A DNA stretch of 64,000 bases from contig OZ245011.1 of NCBI GenBank assembly GCA_965223665.1, positions 1,664,001 to 1,728,000 on the forward strand, in the 5' to 3' direction. The stretch is from Nitrospinaceae bacterium (GTDB taxonomy: Bacteria; Nitrospinota; Nitrospinia; Nitrospinales; Nitrospinaceae). Positions 41,296 through 51,806 of the stretch are shown piece by piece (position 1 is the first letter of the stretch; every line of letters starts with the position of its first letter). Below the pieces are notes generated by a model, which worked only from the letters and a program-made list of their open reading frames with translations, searched no databases and was not told the DNA's origin. The position numbers and the translations under genes are program-made.

Positions 41296-41769
41296 CTACA
41301 GGTTGGGATCCGAAGAATATTTTTTCCGCAACGTCCGAATCTCTAATCCATGTTCTTCAAAACTGGTGGGTTGAATGGTGACGAGTTGGATGAAGTTTTT
41401 ATCTTCCGCGCGCGCGGTTGCACGAAACTGATCGTGAGTGCCATTGTTTATGGTGTAGCTCCATTCCTGGGAAAGAGGTTTTTCGTTGAGGTAAGAATCC
41501 GGTTCTGTGAAAAGATCTTCCGCCTTCGTGAGGGTGCACACTTTGGATGAATCAATATTCTCCTTTGGTGCGAGACTTCCGTACCAATACATTCTGCAGC
41601 CATGGAAAATTTTGCGTAACTCTTCATGCCCCCTCCATGCATAAAGGCGCTCCCCATACTGAACTTCGGGGCGGGAAAAAAAGGAAGGACGCCACGGCGC
41701 GAAAACTATCCCGGCCAGCGCACAAACCAGAAGCGATAAACTGATAATGTTTTTCCTCTTTGTCATCAA
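41296..41769 (-). CDS. Hypothetical membrane-anchored protein
   Basis: N-terminal TM, 157-aa ORF. Confidence 0.6.
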   Translation of the reverse strand: MMTKRKNIISLSLLVCALAGIVFAPWRPSFFSRPEVQYGERLYAWRGHEELRKIFHGCRMYWYGSLAPKENIDSSKVCTLTKAEDLFTEPDSYLNEKPLSQEWSYTINNGTHDQFRATARAEDKNFIQLVTIQPTSFEEHGLEIRTLRKKYSSDPNL

Positions 41770-42139
41770 TCTTACGGATAAACCCTGCCTCTATCTTTTT
41801 AGATTAAATCAGGTGTGGGATAAGTACAATAATTTAAAAACCGGTTTTCTCCGGGAGCAAAACTCTGCCTTCTTTTTCCTTACCTTCAACCGCCCCTATA
41901 TATATAGAACCAACTCATAATTTTTTTTGGAAATGTCTCCATAGATAATGGCAAATACCTTTGTTTTTTGGTCCTATAATGAACCTCCGCGGTCTTTGAC
42001 TTTCCGATAAATTCGCTTTTCATCCCCAACGCCATGTGATAAGGTCTTAATAATCCAAGGCTTAGGAGATTTTAAAGGAAAAAAGCGTTGGGACCAGTGC
42101 AGATTACTACTTCCGGGCGTTGCATGATGAGGGAATAAA

Positions 42140-42373
42140 ATGTTGCAGGGGATAAAACAGATTATGGGTACGTTGCCCATCGTAATTATTTTGTCGATCA
42201 TCACCTGGGTGGTCTTCTACTATGTTTATCCCGATGCTCCGCTGGAACCGAATGAAACCATATTCATCGTTTTAGTCTGGACCTTCGTGACCCTTATTTT
42301 TAAGGCTTTCCTGAAACGAAAAACTTCGAAACCCAAGCCAACGGAAAAGGAACCGGAAAATGAATCCGCCTGA
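42140..42373 (+). CDS. Small two-TM protein
   Basis: GAGGG SD; two hydrophobic segments. Confidence 0.6.
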   Translation: MLQGIKQIMGTLPIVIILSIITWVVFYYVYPDAPLEPNETIFIVLVWTFVTLIFKAFLKRKTSKPKPTEKEPENESA

Positions 42374-42686
42374 AAATGTTTCCCGAATTCTATTGCTGGC
42401 TCTGATATCAGGAATGCTGTTGCTTTTTATTGCAGGCTGCCCCGGCCCTCAAAACGAAAAACCTACGGGTTCACCGGGCAAGGACAGCGACGGTTCCACT
42501 AACTCCGATACAAAACTACCTGATGCCAACGCCAGTGTGGATACCGGAGTCGAGGGTCACATTTTTACATTTCCGAAAGAAACGGACCCGGCCGGTCCGG
42601 ACATCCAGGAGGAACCGGATATTTTACCGGAAGCCGAGGAAGAATTGAATACTATGAGCAAGGATCAAGCCCCGGAATCAAAATAA
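42360..42686 (+). CDS. Low-complexity acidic lipoprotein
   Basis: FIAGC lipobox; P/D/E-rich tail. Confidence 0.6.
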   Translation: MNPPENVSRILLLALISGMLLLFIAGCPGPQNEKPTGSPGKDSDGSTNSDTKLPDANASVDTGVEGHIFTFPKETDPAGPDIQEEPDILPEAEEELNTMSKDQAPESK

Positions 42687-42746
42687 AGGAGACCATTCCA
42701 CAAATATATGGTTATTATACGAAACAGGTGGATTCAAAACTAAAGA

Positions 42747-42803
42747 CCCATGCGCTTCCCCTTCCATGAAGGGGGCCGGGGGGATTTTACCTCCAGGGGT
42801 TTT
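42747..42803 (+). repeat. Short palindromic element
   Basis: CCCATGCGCTTCCCCTT..AAGGGGGCCGGGGGGATTTTACC..AGGGGTTTT. Confidence 0.75.
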
Positions 42804-42861
42804 GATAAAATTTAACATTATGAAATGCCCTTCACTTGAAGGCTGTTATTCAGAAAAGCAT

Positions 42862-44355
42862 ATGTCGCAAAACAAAACAACATTCATTAAATTTTGTTTC
42901 ACGTTACTTCTTGTGATGGTTTTTTTCATAGTCGCCGGTCCACCTGTGGAATCAGCCGTTAAAAACCCTCAAGCGAATAATGAAAAAGCTTTAGACCTGA
43001 TTAAGGAATCGGCTGGAGACATTTGTAAACAAATGAAAGAGACTCCTTCCATTAAAAATCTGGAGCGAACGAAAAAGACTCAAACCCTATTAGAAAAACT
43101 CACTGTACGGTTGTCCAAGATGCAGGCGGGAGTCGCCTCTTTGTATACCGACAAATATTCCCAAGAGGAATTGCAGGACCAGTTAATCGGTGCTTTTAAA
43201 AATATAAAAACCTGTCGGCAGGAAGTGTATTACCGAATCCAGGAAACCTTGATTCCCTCTCAGTCTGCCATTGAACTGGATGAATTAATAAAAAAGCAAA
43301 AGAAAAAAGAAGTCGAAGAGGAAGATACTTTCTCCGAAGATGAATCACCGGAGGCTCCCAAACCTAAAACCAAAGGCGACATCGTTGTAAAGGGAAACAC
43401 CAAAACAAATATCAAACAGGGAGTGGTGATTCAAAATAATACCGTTATCAATAAAAACTCTACCAATTTGGGAACAATCAACAAAAACTCTCCAAATATT
43501 GGCAGCATAAAAACGAAGTCCGGATCGTACAATTCCCACAGTACGGGAACCGGTACGGGAAAAGGTTATGTGACCACGGGCAAGGTCTTGACCAAAAAAA
43601 CGAAAAAGAAAAAAAAGAAACGGAGACCTGCCAAACCCAAAATGGCTCAGAAAAAAGTAAAGCCGAAATCCACACCGGGCCCACCTCCGGTGGTGGTCGA
43701 AATTGAGCCAAAACCAGATTCACCAGTTACCGTGCGTAGTGGCGGCCAACGCTTAACCGGACGTGCCTTTCTGGTGAGAAAAGATGTAGAGCAACCCGGT
43801 TACGGACTCTACAGTTATATCGTTTTCGCCAAACCCGTGAACGCAGGCAATGCGGACCTTTACACCGCCGTATTGAAAGCCTTTTTAAAATTGGAAACCG
43901 TACAGGATTTTGAAGCGCATGGTGTAGAGCGGCAGGAACTGAACATCACTTACCTGCCCTTGGATAAGTCTTATCCTATAGGCAAGCTTCCCGCACCCAA
44001 ATGGTTTTTACAGCATTACGATTACGCCCGCGCTAAAGTCCTCCTTAGAGCTATTCCGGAAGTTAAAGGTGACGGACCTTTTATCTTTTCCTATAAAGCC
44101 CCGCTCAACAGCAAAACGGAAATCGATCCGGAAATGATGTTACGTCAGGATCTATCCGGGGTACCACCACGGTTGGCGTTTCTTTGGGTCGACGAATTTG
44201 TGAACCAGGCGCAGAAAGAAAACTATTGGGATTCCAGCATCCTCGCCAGTTTTAAATTAGGATTGCGCAAAACCATCGCCGTCGCCGCCGAAGCCTTCAC
44301 CGAAGTAAAATCCGCCCACGCCGAAGTCCTCGACTTCATGGAAAAAATAAAGTAA
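42862..44355 (+). CDS. Exported multidomain hypothetical protein
   Basis: Signal/TM after MSQNK; helical domain, N/T/I/G-rich segment, poly-K, globular C-terminus (GYGLYSYIVF, YDYARAK). Confidence 0.75.
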   Translation: MSQNKTTFIKFCFTLLLVMVFFIVAGPPVESAVKNPQANNEKALDLIKESAGDICKQMKETPSIKNLERTKKTQTLLEKLTVRLSKMQAGVASLYTDKYSQEELQDQLIGAFKNIKTCRQEVYYRIQETLIPSQSAIELDELIKKQKKKEVEEEDTFSEDESPEAPKPKTKGDIVVKGNTKTNIKQGVVIQNNTVINKNSTNLGTINKNSPNIGSIKTKSGSYNSHSTGTGTGKGYVTTGKVLTKKTKKKKKKRRPAKPKMAQKKVKPKSTPGPPPVVVEIEPKPDSPVTVRSGGQRLTGRAFLVRKDVEQPGYGLYSYIVFAKPVNAGNADLYTAVLKAFLKLETVQDFEAHGVERQELNITYLPLDKSYPIGKLPAPKWFLQHYDYARAKVLLRAIPEVKGDGPFIFSYKAPLNSKTEIDPEMMLRQDLSGVPPRLAFLWVDEFVNQAQKENYWDSSILASFKLGLRKTIAVAAEAFTEVKSAHAEVLDFMEKIK

Positions 44356-44445
44356 AAACTATTTTCCCACTTTCCATAACAGGACCAACTAGATTAAATT
44401 TATTGATCTCCTCAATCTTTAAAAAAAACATGAAGGAGTAGAACG

Positions 44446-45070
44446 ATGTATTCCCTCTTTCCAATCTAGCGATTGGAAGCAATAAGGATTCTCAAAAGTT
44501 TGTAGACAAATGATATTTTGACAAACCTGACGAATATTTATTCCGGGTGCAGCGTCACGCTGCGGCTGGGGGGATTGACATTAAGCAATTTTAGATGAGT
44601 TCTTACAAATTACGATAACCCTTGAAGTAAAATTTTAAAAAAGGCCGATGTGTTCCCCCTTTTTGAAGGAGACCTTTGCATAGCCAGGGATTATTGAACA
44701 AACAAATTCAACAAAAGAGCGGAGACCCATGTTCGCCCTCTTTTTAAAGAGGGCCGGGGTGATTGACCGCCTGGGGTTTTGCGGCGAACCGCCGCTGGCA
44801 GAATTTAATTTACGATGATCGGTGGTGAACGCAGAATCGACAGATGCTTTTCCATAGTGGAAATTTCTGTCAGAAACAATTAATAAAACGGGAGCCAATG
44901 TTCGCTCTCTTTCCCAACCTGGCAATTGGAAGCACTCACTCGCCGTGAGGGACAACTGAGATTTTAGAAACCTTTGTGACAATATAGTATTTACTTATAC
45001 TCATCGCAAATGAAATATTGGCAGCGGGGCCTACCCCGCGGGCCGGGGTGATTGACCGCTTGGGATTTTG
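44446..45070 (+). repeat. Cluster of palindromic elements: long 44446-44580, partial ~44648, short 44726-44780, long variant 44896-45070
   Basis: Shared ATGTnnnCCCTCTTT left end and GGCnGGGG(T/G)GATTGAC right end. Confidence 0.75.
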
Positions 45071-45452
45071 AGTTTTTTATAAAATTACTGGAATAAAATA
45101 TTAAAGAATAGATCCATGGGTTCTCCCTATTTGGAAAGCCCCAAGAGTAATTTTCGATTGTTGTCAACCTTCTCAAACAGGCCAATCCCTCGAGGAACCA
45201 AAACCTACCTATTTTTGATTAGAAACCATCAAAACTTTTCCCTCCAAACCTCTCATTATTTAAATACGCCCGATTTTTCCTTGATTCATGCATCAGATTC
45301 AACTAGGGTGAGGAAGAAATTTAATTAAGCCACCGCCCAACAAATATACTACTAGGAAATCCTTAACCTCCCGTGGGTGTTGGGTTATTTGAGTTCGAAT
45401 TTATTGCTCAATTTATCAATATTAATTCTATTTCTATATATTGGAGGGAAAA

Positions 45453-45794
45453 ATGAGCATAGAAGGTTTATGGTCCATTCAATTTCAAGAATCAACAAAA
45501 GGAAACACGGGAGCTGGGGTTGTAGTTTTTGAAACTCAACGCGTATTTGGAGGGGATTCGGGATATTATTATATAGGCAATTACAAGGTTGAAGGTAACA
45601 AAATGGAAATCGAAGCTAAAATAACAAAATATGGCCACGTTCCTATGGATTCAATCTTTGGACCATTAGGAGAATTTGATGTAATTATGAAAGGAGATAT
45701 AACCGAAAAAGAACTTTTATTCCAAGGTCATTTAAAAAATAATCCGAGTCTTAGTCTCCAAATCATTGGCAAAAAGTTAAGTGACCTCCCTTAA
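45453..45794 (+). CDS. GrlR-like beta-barrel protein
   Basis: EGLWSIQF....GAGVVVF....FGGDSGYYYIGNY; GGAGG SD. Confidence 0.7.
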   Translation: MSIEGLWSIQFQESTKGNTGAGVVVFETQRVFGGDSGYYYIGNYKVEGNKMEIEAKITKYGHVPMDSIFGPLGEFDVIMKGDITEKELLFQGHLKNNPSLSLQIIGKKLSDLP

Positions 45795-45960
45795 TAGATT
45801 ATTAATGTCTATTGTTTAGATAATCAAAATTTGAATATTGAGAATTACTAAGTGAGAAATTTAAGGTTAAAATTGAATTCTCTGTTTGAACAATGAAAGA
45901 TACTGACCAGGTTTAAGAACCAATTTTTTTTAACGGGGTTCAAAAACTCACTTTAAATCT

Positions 45961-47556
45961 ATGTCTGAAAATATAAACAAAATTGAAAATGAAATTGATT
46001 TATTTTTCGAAAATAACAAACTTAAAGAAAAAGGGTTTGCACAAGCCGCCTGGACATTATTATCTGTAAATGAAGATCGTTTTCTATTTGCGATTCATAA
46101 CTACTCAGAAAATGAAATAGATATTTTTGCTGACCAACATATTAATTGTTTAACTTATCCCCTTAGGTTCTTAAAAAAAGAAAATTTTTCAAATTTAAAA
46201 AAGTTTTGCAGGGAATTAATTAATGATGATTATCAATTTGCCACAGATTGGATAGAATCTGCATTAAGCTATGATCTATATTCAACGATATTTCCCCTTT
46301 ATCATAGGAACTTCGTAAACATTTCTGTGGAAGAAAATAAACTTATTCCAATTGAAAATTGGAATTCCGACAAAGACTATGAGGCATATAATAGATTAGT
46401 CCAAAGGGAAGCGAAAAATAAATTATTAAGTTTTTCCCTTGATCCAGATTTTTTTGAATTCATCTTTTCAAAAACAAAATATGGGAGAAATTGGTTCAAA
46501 ATAAATTTTGATCAGAAAATAATACATTATTTAACATCAAATGTTTATTCAATATTTGATATAAAGTTTAGTCTCCCAGAAGATTGGCACCTTGGTGACT
46601 TTACCTTTCAAGAATATAAAAATATAATTATTACAATTCAATCTATGCTTTACGCATGGTTTCAGGTCCGGATTTCATTGGTAAATAATGGGTTAGAGGA
46701 ATTGGGATATAAATCTTCTGTCTATGTAGTCAAAATAGAAACACTTATAAAATTATTAGTCAAACACTCAAATTATAATCCTGAAAAAGTTGAAAAAATT
46801 TTAAACTTAGTTACATTTGGCTCAAATGGAATAAATGATCCTGATATTGCCAATCAACCTCTCATAGATTTAAAAAATGGGCATTATGCACTTTCCCCTT
46901 TCTTATGGTTGAATGGAAATACCGAAAGAAACCTTTGTGTATTATTAAACAAAATACCAAGATACAGAAATTTATATTTATCATTCGTCAATGAAAAGGA
47001 AGAACTACAAAAAGAGGATATCCAAAATTTTTTAACTTCAAAGGGTTTTTTTATTATTAAAAGTCAACAATTGGAAAATACGGACCTCGATATCGCAATT
47101 ATCGATCATAATAACAAATCATGTCTATGTTTAGAACTAAAGTGGTTTATTGAACCAGCAGAGGTAAGGGAGATTGTTGACAAAACTGAAGAATTAAAAA
47201 AGGGAATCGATCAAGGAAAAATAATATTTGAATTATTTAAGAATAAAGACCCTCATTTTATTAATAATATTCTTAAAATTGATTTTGATTATAATTTCCT
47301 TGTAGCCGTGGCTTCACAAAATTGGATTGGGTTTTCTGATTTCCAAGATAATGAAATTCCCATAATCAAACTATGGGATTTATTATATAAAATCGAAGAA
47401 CTTAAATCGCTTTTAAAAGTGAATAAATGGTTAGCAAAAAAAGAGTATTTGCCCAAAAAAGGTATTGATTATGAAATCCATTACAGAGATATTCCTTTCG
47501 GAAAGTGGACAACTACCTGGTATGGAATCAAACCACTAATTCCTCTCCGTGGATAA
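45961..47556 (+). CDS. AT-rich hypothetical protein with C-terminal PD-(D/E)xK-like motif
   Basis: 531-aa ORF; DLDIAIID....LCLELKW. Confidence 0.65.
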   Translation: MSENINKIENEIDLFFENNKLKEKGFAQAAWTLLSVNEDRFLFAIHNYSENEIDIFADQHINCLTYPLRFLKKENFSNLKKFCRELINDDYQFATDWIESALSYDLYSTIFPLYHRNFVNISVEENKLIPIENWNSDKDYEAYNRLVQREAKNKLLSFSLDPDFFEFIFSKTKYGRNWFKINFDQKIIHYLTSNVYSIFDIKFSLPEDWHLGDFTFQEYKNIIITIQSMLYAWFQVRISLVNNGLEELGYKSSVYVVKIETLIKLLVKHSNYNPEKVEKILNLVTFGSNGINDPDIANQPLIDLKNGHYALSPFLWLNGNTERNLCVLLNKIPRYRNLYLSFVNEKEELQKEDIQNFLTSKGFFIIKSQQLENTDLDIAIIDHNNKSCLCLELKWFIEPAEVREIVDKTEELKKGIDQGKIIFELFKNKDPHFINNILKIDFDYNFLVAVASQNWIGFSDFQDNEIPIIKLWDLLYKIEELKSLLKVNKWLAKKEYLPKKGIDYEIHYRDIPFGKWTTTWYGIKPLIPLRG

Positions 47557-47635
47557 AACAAAATTTCAATTAATGGTGATAAAAACCTTTCCATTCTAAC
47601 TTTTAAATTAAAATTATTTTTGAACCCATGATAAA

Positions 47636-49339
47636 TCATTCTTGTTCCATCCCCTCCCCATCCAATACTTTCTTGATGGATTTTTTGACGTCGGCGTTGG
47701 GTTCGAGGGAGTGGGCTTGCTCCAGGGCGGGTTTCACTTCGGCCGGCCAGGCGGCTTGGCCCCATGCACTTAAGGCGTTGAGTGCCATGTTGCGGTTTCT
47801 GATGACAGAACTTTTTAAACTGGCTTCAATCAACTTCCAACCTTTGCCGGGGAAACGTTTCAGGTCTTGCACAATAAACTCCAACGCCTGATGCGCTTCA
47901 AATCCGGGGCCCAGGCCCAACTCTTCCCCTGCACCCGTCGCGACTTTTTCCAATGGCAACATCTCTTCTGCCAGGGCAACCACGTTTTCAATGCGAGCCG
48001 CATCGTCCGTTTGCATCAGGTAGTACCACTCGTTTCCGTTTCCGCTTTTCTGTCTCTTAAAATGATACTCCCAAACGTCGACGTCCAACACTTGCGCCAC
48101 CGAGGTCAAGGTATAGAATTCATGATCTTCTAAATCATCTTCGCTGTCCAATGCCTTCAACACTTCTTCTTTCCAACCGGGTCGGTCCAAAATAGAATGA
48201 CAGGCCGCGGCAATTTCCTCGCGCACTTCGAGAGTCCAGCCTATTTTTTCCAGACCCGACCAGTTGTCATCCGGGTCGTCCGACTCGTCGGACTCCACAA
48301 AGTCACGAATCACGTCGACAATTTTTAATTGATACAAATCCGGAAGTTCCGCTTCGATATGTTTTAAATAAAGCCGAGTCACTTCCACTCCATCAGCATA
48401 ATCCTTGATTCCTTCTGCCGGTCCGCCGTAAATTAAATTTTCAAGGATGTCACCCGCTCCCTGCAGTAACTCGTCGTCCGGCTCGTCCTGCTTTAAGGCG
48501 GTCAACAGGTCCCCCGTGACCGCACAGGTGTACACCAGGTATTCATAACTAATAGAATTTTTATATCCTTCACGCAGTAACCAGTCTTTAATTTCCGGAT
48601 TCGTCGTTTTCGTCAAATTCTCGACCAAATGAATTCGTCCCCATCCTTCTACCATTTTTGCACTTTCCCAAATTGTCGGTTCCGGATCATTTAGAGACGT
48701 CATCAAAGCAGTACCCGCGTATAAAGTAAACTCATCGTGACGCGCAAAGGTCATGAACAATTTCTTATGCTGCTCACCCTCAAAAATTCCAAGAATCGCC
48801 AGCGCCACTTTAATCGGTTCGCGGTCGGGCGATTCGGTAGCAATCCACCGCGCGAAATCATGAACTCGATCCACGTTCAGGTTTTTACTTTCAGTAATCA
48901 GGGTTAATAAATCATCGATAAAGCTGAGAACGTTTCCCTTTAATAGAAGTTTATAAAAGGAATCGACTTTTTGTTGGGTCGGTTGCTGGATGAGCGATTC
49001 CAATTCCTTGAATATTTTTTGGACGGCATCTTTGTTTTCCGGATCATCCATGTGGTGCGTGAAGACTCCGTCCATAGCGCCGCCAGCCCAGCGAATCTTT
49101 CCATCGGCGAAGACTACGCTATCGTCGGGCAGTTGGAGCTCTTTACGGGAACCGTTGATTTCGCTCATCAAAAAGGAACAAATAGCAACGCGGTTGGTGT
49201 CCCACGGTTTCGGCATCTCAGCCAGGTCCCACTCCAGGGGAGAGTCTTCCTCAGTTTTGCCACCCGGCCGCCAACCGGTTAGAAACAAACCAAACGCGAC
49301 AAAGATCACGATACAAATGATAATAGTTAAGGGGTTCAT
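47636..49339 (-). CDS. Acidic, probably alpha-helical membrane-anchored hypothetical protein
   Basis: 567-aa ORF, N-terminal TM; WAGGAMDG, RHDEFTLY, GWGRIHLVE, WLLREGY blocks. Confidence 0.75.
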   Translation of the reverse strand: MNPLTIIICIVIFVAFGLFLTGWRPGGKTEEDSPLEWDLAEMPKPWDTNRVAICSFLMSEINGSRKELQLPDDSVVFADGKIRWAGGAMDGVFTHHMDDPENKDAVQKIFKELESLIQQPTQQKVDSFYKLLLKGNVLSFIDDLLTLITESKNLNVDRVHDFARWIATESPDREPIKVALAILGIFEGEQHKKLFMTFARHDEFTLYAGTALMTSLNDPEPTIWESAKMVEGWGRIHLVENLTKTTNPEIKDWLLREGYKNSISYEYLVYTCAVTGDLLTALKQDEPDDELLQGAGDILENLIYGGPAEGIKDYADGVEVTRLYLKHIEAELPDLYQLKIVDVIRDFVESDESDDPDDNWSGLEKIGWTLEVREEIAAACHSILDRPGWKEEVLKALDSEDDLEDHEFYTLTSVAQVLDVDVWEYHFKRQKSGNGNEWYYLMQTDDAARIENVVALAEEMLPLEKVATGAGEELGLGPGFEAHQALEFIVQDLKRFPGKGWKLIEASLKSSVIRNRNMALNALSAWGQAAWPAEVKPALEQAHSLEPNADVKKSIKKVLDGEGMEQE

Positions 49340-49422
49340 ATAATGAATGAAGGGTTTTAAAACATTGAAATGAAATTTTACTTAGATGGATTGTCTCATT
49401 TTATTTATCAATAAACGAGAAA

Positions 49423-49462
49423 ATTCCTCCGATCCCCAAACTAAATAGGGAATGGAGGAATT
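49423..49462 (-). terminator. Hairpin after the TerD-domain gene
   Basis: AATTCCTCC...GGAGGAATT inverted repeat immediately downstream of the stop. Confidence 0.45.
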
Positions 49463-49476
49463 GGTTTGAAAAGAGT

Positions 49477-51096
49477 TTACAAATACTCTGCCAGTATGGT
49501 TTCAGTATCGTAAGGAGTGATTCCTTCTTCGATCGAAAACACAGTTTCGGCGTTTTCTTTCTCGGAAACTATCTGCCCGCGTCCCAAAGCGTGCAACTCG
49601 AACAAGTCGTACAACTTCGGCGCCTGCAAACCGGTCATGGCTTTCCCGATGAGAACAATTCCTTTCTCGTTCCCTTCCACATTGTTGTACCAATACGGAT
49701 TTCGAGTTAAAGCCAAATCGGTCCAAATGAACTGACGTTCTTTCAGATCCAGAATGACAGGAATACAAATACTGGTATTCGACGCAATATCGATTTTTTC
49801 CGATACCGTACTCGGCTCGAAAATCTCTCCGGAGTCCGGACTCTTCCGCATCATCCAACCTGCATAACACTCCGGCAGGTTGCAGTAAGGTTGTCCGGAA
49901 AAGGAGTACAAAGACATCACCACATACCGTGATTGTTGACTCAACGATTTGTTGATATCTATGTCAATAAACTCACAGGCTCCAAAAGGCGCCGAGGTAA
50001 TATCACCGCTATGAAACACACCCATCCGTTTGGATTTCAGATTGGTGTAAGAAACATGGTTTAGATATTTCCAGTTCTCATCATAAAACACCGCAGACAA
50101 GTCAATATCCACACGTCCGGTAGACACACCGTTCACAATCCCTTCTTTCCACCAAAGAAAAAACCGAATGGTGTTTTTTCCGGGCATCGGGAAACGAGAA
50201 CCTCTTGCCAGGTTGCGTAAACTTTTACTCGCCGACCGTTGTGCCAACGGCACGGTATAACTGTCCAACCGGGGATTGATGTAAACCTTACCCAACTCCG
50301 ACAGTTTGCCAAACCGATCAATGAGGGCCTGACGGATCAACTCCACCAAAGCATCGCACACTTCTCGACTCAACTCAGGCAACGCGTTAGGTATTCCATA
50401 CGCTTTAGCGACTTCTCCCTTGGGAAAAAACACCCGCAAATCACGCGGCTCCAATCGACCTTTAAAGTGTGCCAGGTTTTGTAACAAAACGTTAGTCGAC
50501 ACCTGACCGACCACCTTAGCGAAAGGTTCCAACACCGTGGACGGATCTTCCGCAGACCGCAACAGAAAATCCAACCGACGCGCAAACTCTCCCGGACGCG
50601 TTTGCAATTGTTCCACTGCCTTGGAAAATTCTTTGCGTTCCAAAGCCGCTTCCAAAATGTTATTGAAGGTTGCAAACGGTTTATCGTTACGGATCACATC
50701 AAGCGCTTCCGCCACTTTGGGATACACGTGTTGGTATTCCGTAGGATGCAACTTCTCACCCAACCGGATCCACCGCTTTTTATATCGCAGCATGTCCTCC
50801 ACAATGGCAGGCCGTTGTTCCAACAGGTTCAACAGAAACCGGCGTTCTGATCGACGGAAATTTTTGAACTTGGTGTTCGCCGCCAGGCTCACATCCCCAC
50901 CGGACAAACCCACCGCCAACCGCAATACATCGGTGGCCGTTTTAAAATGATCGGCTACCAGTTCCTGCGCGTTGTCCACATGCACCAACAGCAACCCACA
51001 CACATAAGCCAGGTTTTCCTTATTGGTAAACATTTCCGGCAAAAATCGATCGATCTCCCCGGAATAAGAACGGACAAACCAAGCCAGGTCGCTTTT
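49477..51096 (-). pseudogene. TerD-domain fusion protein, 3' part (helical domain plus C-terminal TerD-like domain)
   Basis: FKTATDVLR, RPGEFARRLD; TerD-like VDIDLSAVF, HSGDITSAP.GACEFIDID; out of frame with the 5' part. Confidence 0.75.
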
Positions 51097-51457
51097 TCTT
51101 GATAAACTCCGGCATGAACCGAACCCCAATCACATCACCTAAGTAATGAATCAGGTTTATATCAAACAATAACTCTTTCCGCATTTCCTGCACCTGCTTG
51201 GGAAAGTTGGGATACATGGGTCGAAACTTCACATGCGCACCCACCATTTCCTTCAAGTAGGAAGCCAGGTTTTCATAGAACGACTTCAATGCCTTTTCAT
51301 CCAAGGTACTCAACCGTTCAGCCAGTGTATCGGAAATTGCGTACCCGAGCGGTTTGATATTTTGATTCAACGCCACCATGTATTTAGGGTCCAGCTGACT
51401 GGTTCCCGCGGCGACTATAACTTTGTTTTTTCGTCTTAAAAATATTTTGTTCTTCAT
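51020..51457 (-). pseudogene. TerD-domain fusion protein, 5' part
   Basis: MKNKIFLRRKNKV...LGY...VGAHVKFRPMYPNFP recalled as the N-terminus of the same family; leaves frame near 51085-51096. Confidence 0.7.
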
Positions 51458-51468
51458 TGCTCTATTTA

Positions 51469-51532
51469 GAGGGAAATGGAAGCCCTATTGCCATCCCAAA
51501 TGGTTAATAGAAGGAAGGACTTCCCTAGCCTC
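51469..51532 (-). ncRNA. Structured RNA motif, copy A (11 nt before the TerD-gene ATG)
   Basis: GAGG-CUAG-GGAAGUCCU-UCCUUCU...U-AGGGCUUCC-AUUUC-CCUC. Confidence 0.7.
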
Positions 51533-51590
51533 GCACTCCGTTGTTACATGTTTCTATTAAGAAGAGACTTTACATAAGTAATCAAATTGG

Positions 51591-51646
51591 AAAACCCCTG
51601 GAGGTGAATCACCCTGACCCTCTTTAGAAAAGAGGGCAAACATGGG
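51591..51646 (-). repeat. Short palindromic element between RNA motif copies A and B
   Basis: AAAACCCC..AGGTGAATCACCC..CCCTCTTT..AAAGAGGG..ACATGGG. Confidence 0.75.
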
Positions 51647-51712
51647 TTTTCTAATTTATATTTCTTTTGTTTGTCGTGAACTCATAGTTACGCAAAGGTC
51701 TCTATATAAAAA

Positions 51713-51776
51713 GAGGAAACTGGCAACCCTAGGATCCATTCAAGGTGGTTGAAGAAGGAAGGATTGCCATAGCCTC
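51713..51776 (-). ncRNA. Structured RNA motif, copy B
   Basis: GAGG-CUA-UGGCAAUCCU-UCCUUCU...U-AGGGUUGCCA-GUUU-CCUC. Confidence 0.7.
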
Positions 51777-51806
51777 GTACTTCGTAAATCAAGTCGTATT
51801 CAAAAT

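Noticed and set aside
42766-42861. N-terminal extension MKGAGG of the 529-aa ORF
   Set aside because: It starts inside a palindromic repeat; the signal peptide fits a start at 42862.
44635-45328. Short ORFs in the 44.4-45.4 kb spacer
   Set aside because: They run through the repeat cluster and have no recognisable protein features.
23300-48000. Integron cassette array
   Set aside because: Genes lie in both orientations, many overlap or abut, and no recurring attC sites or integrase were seen by eye; a formal IntegronFinder run is still advisable.
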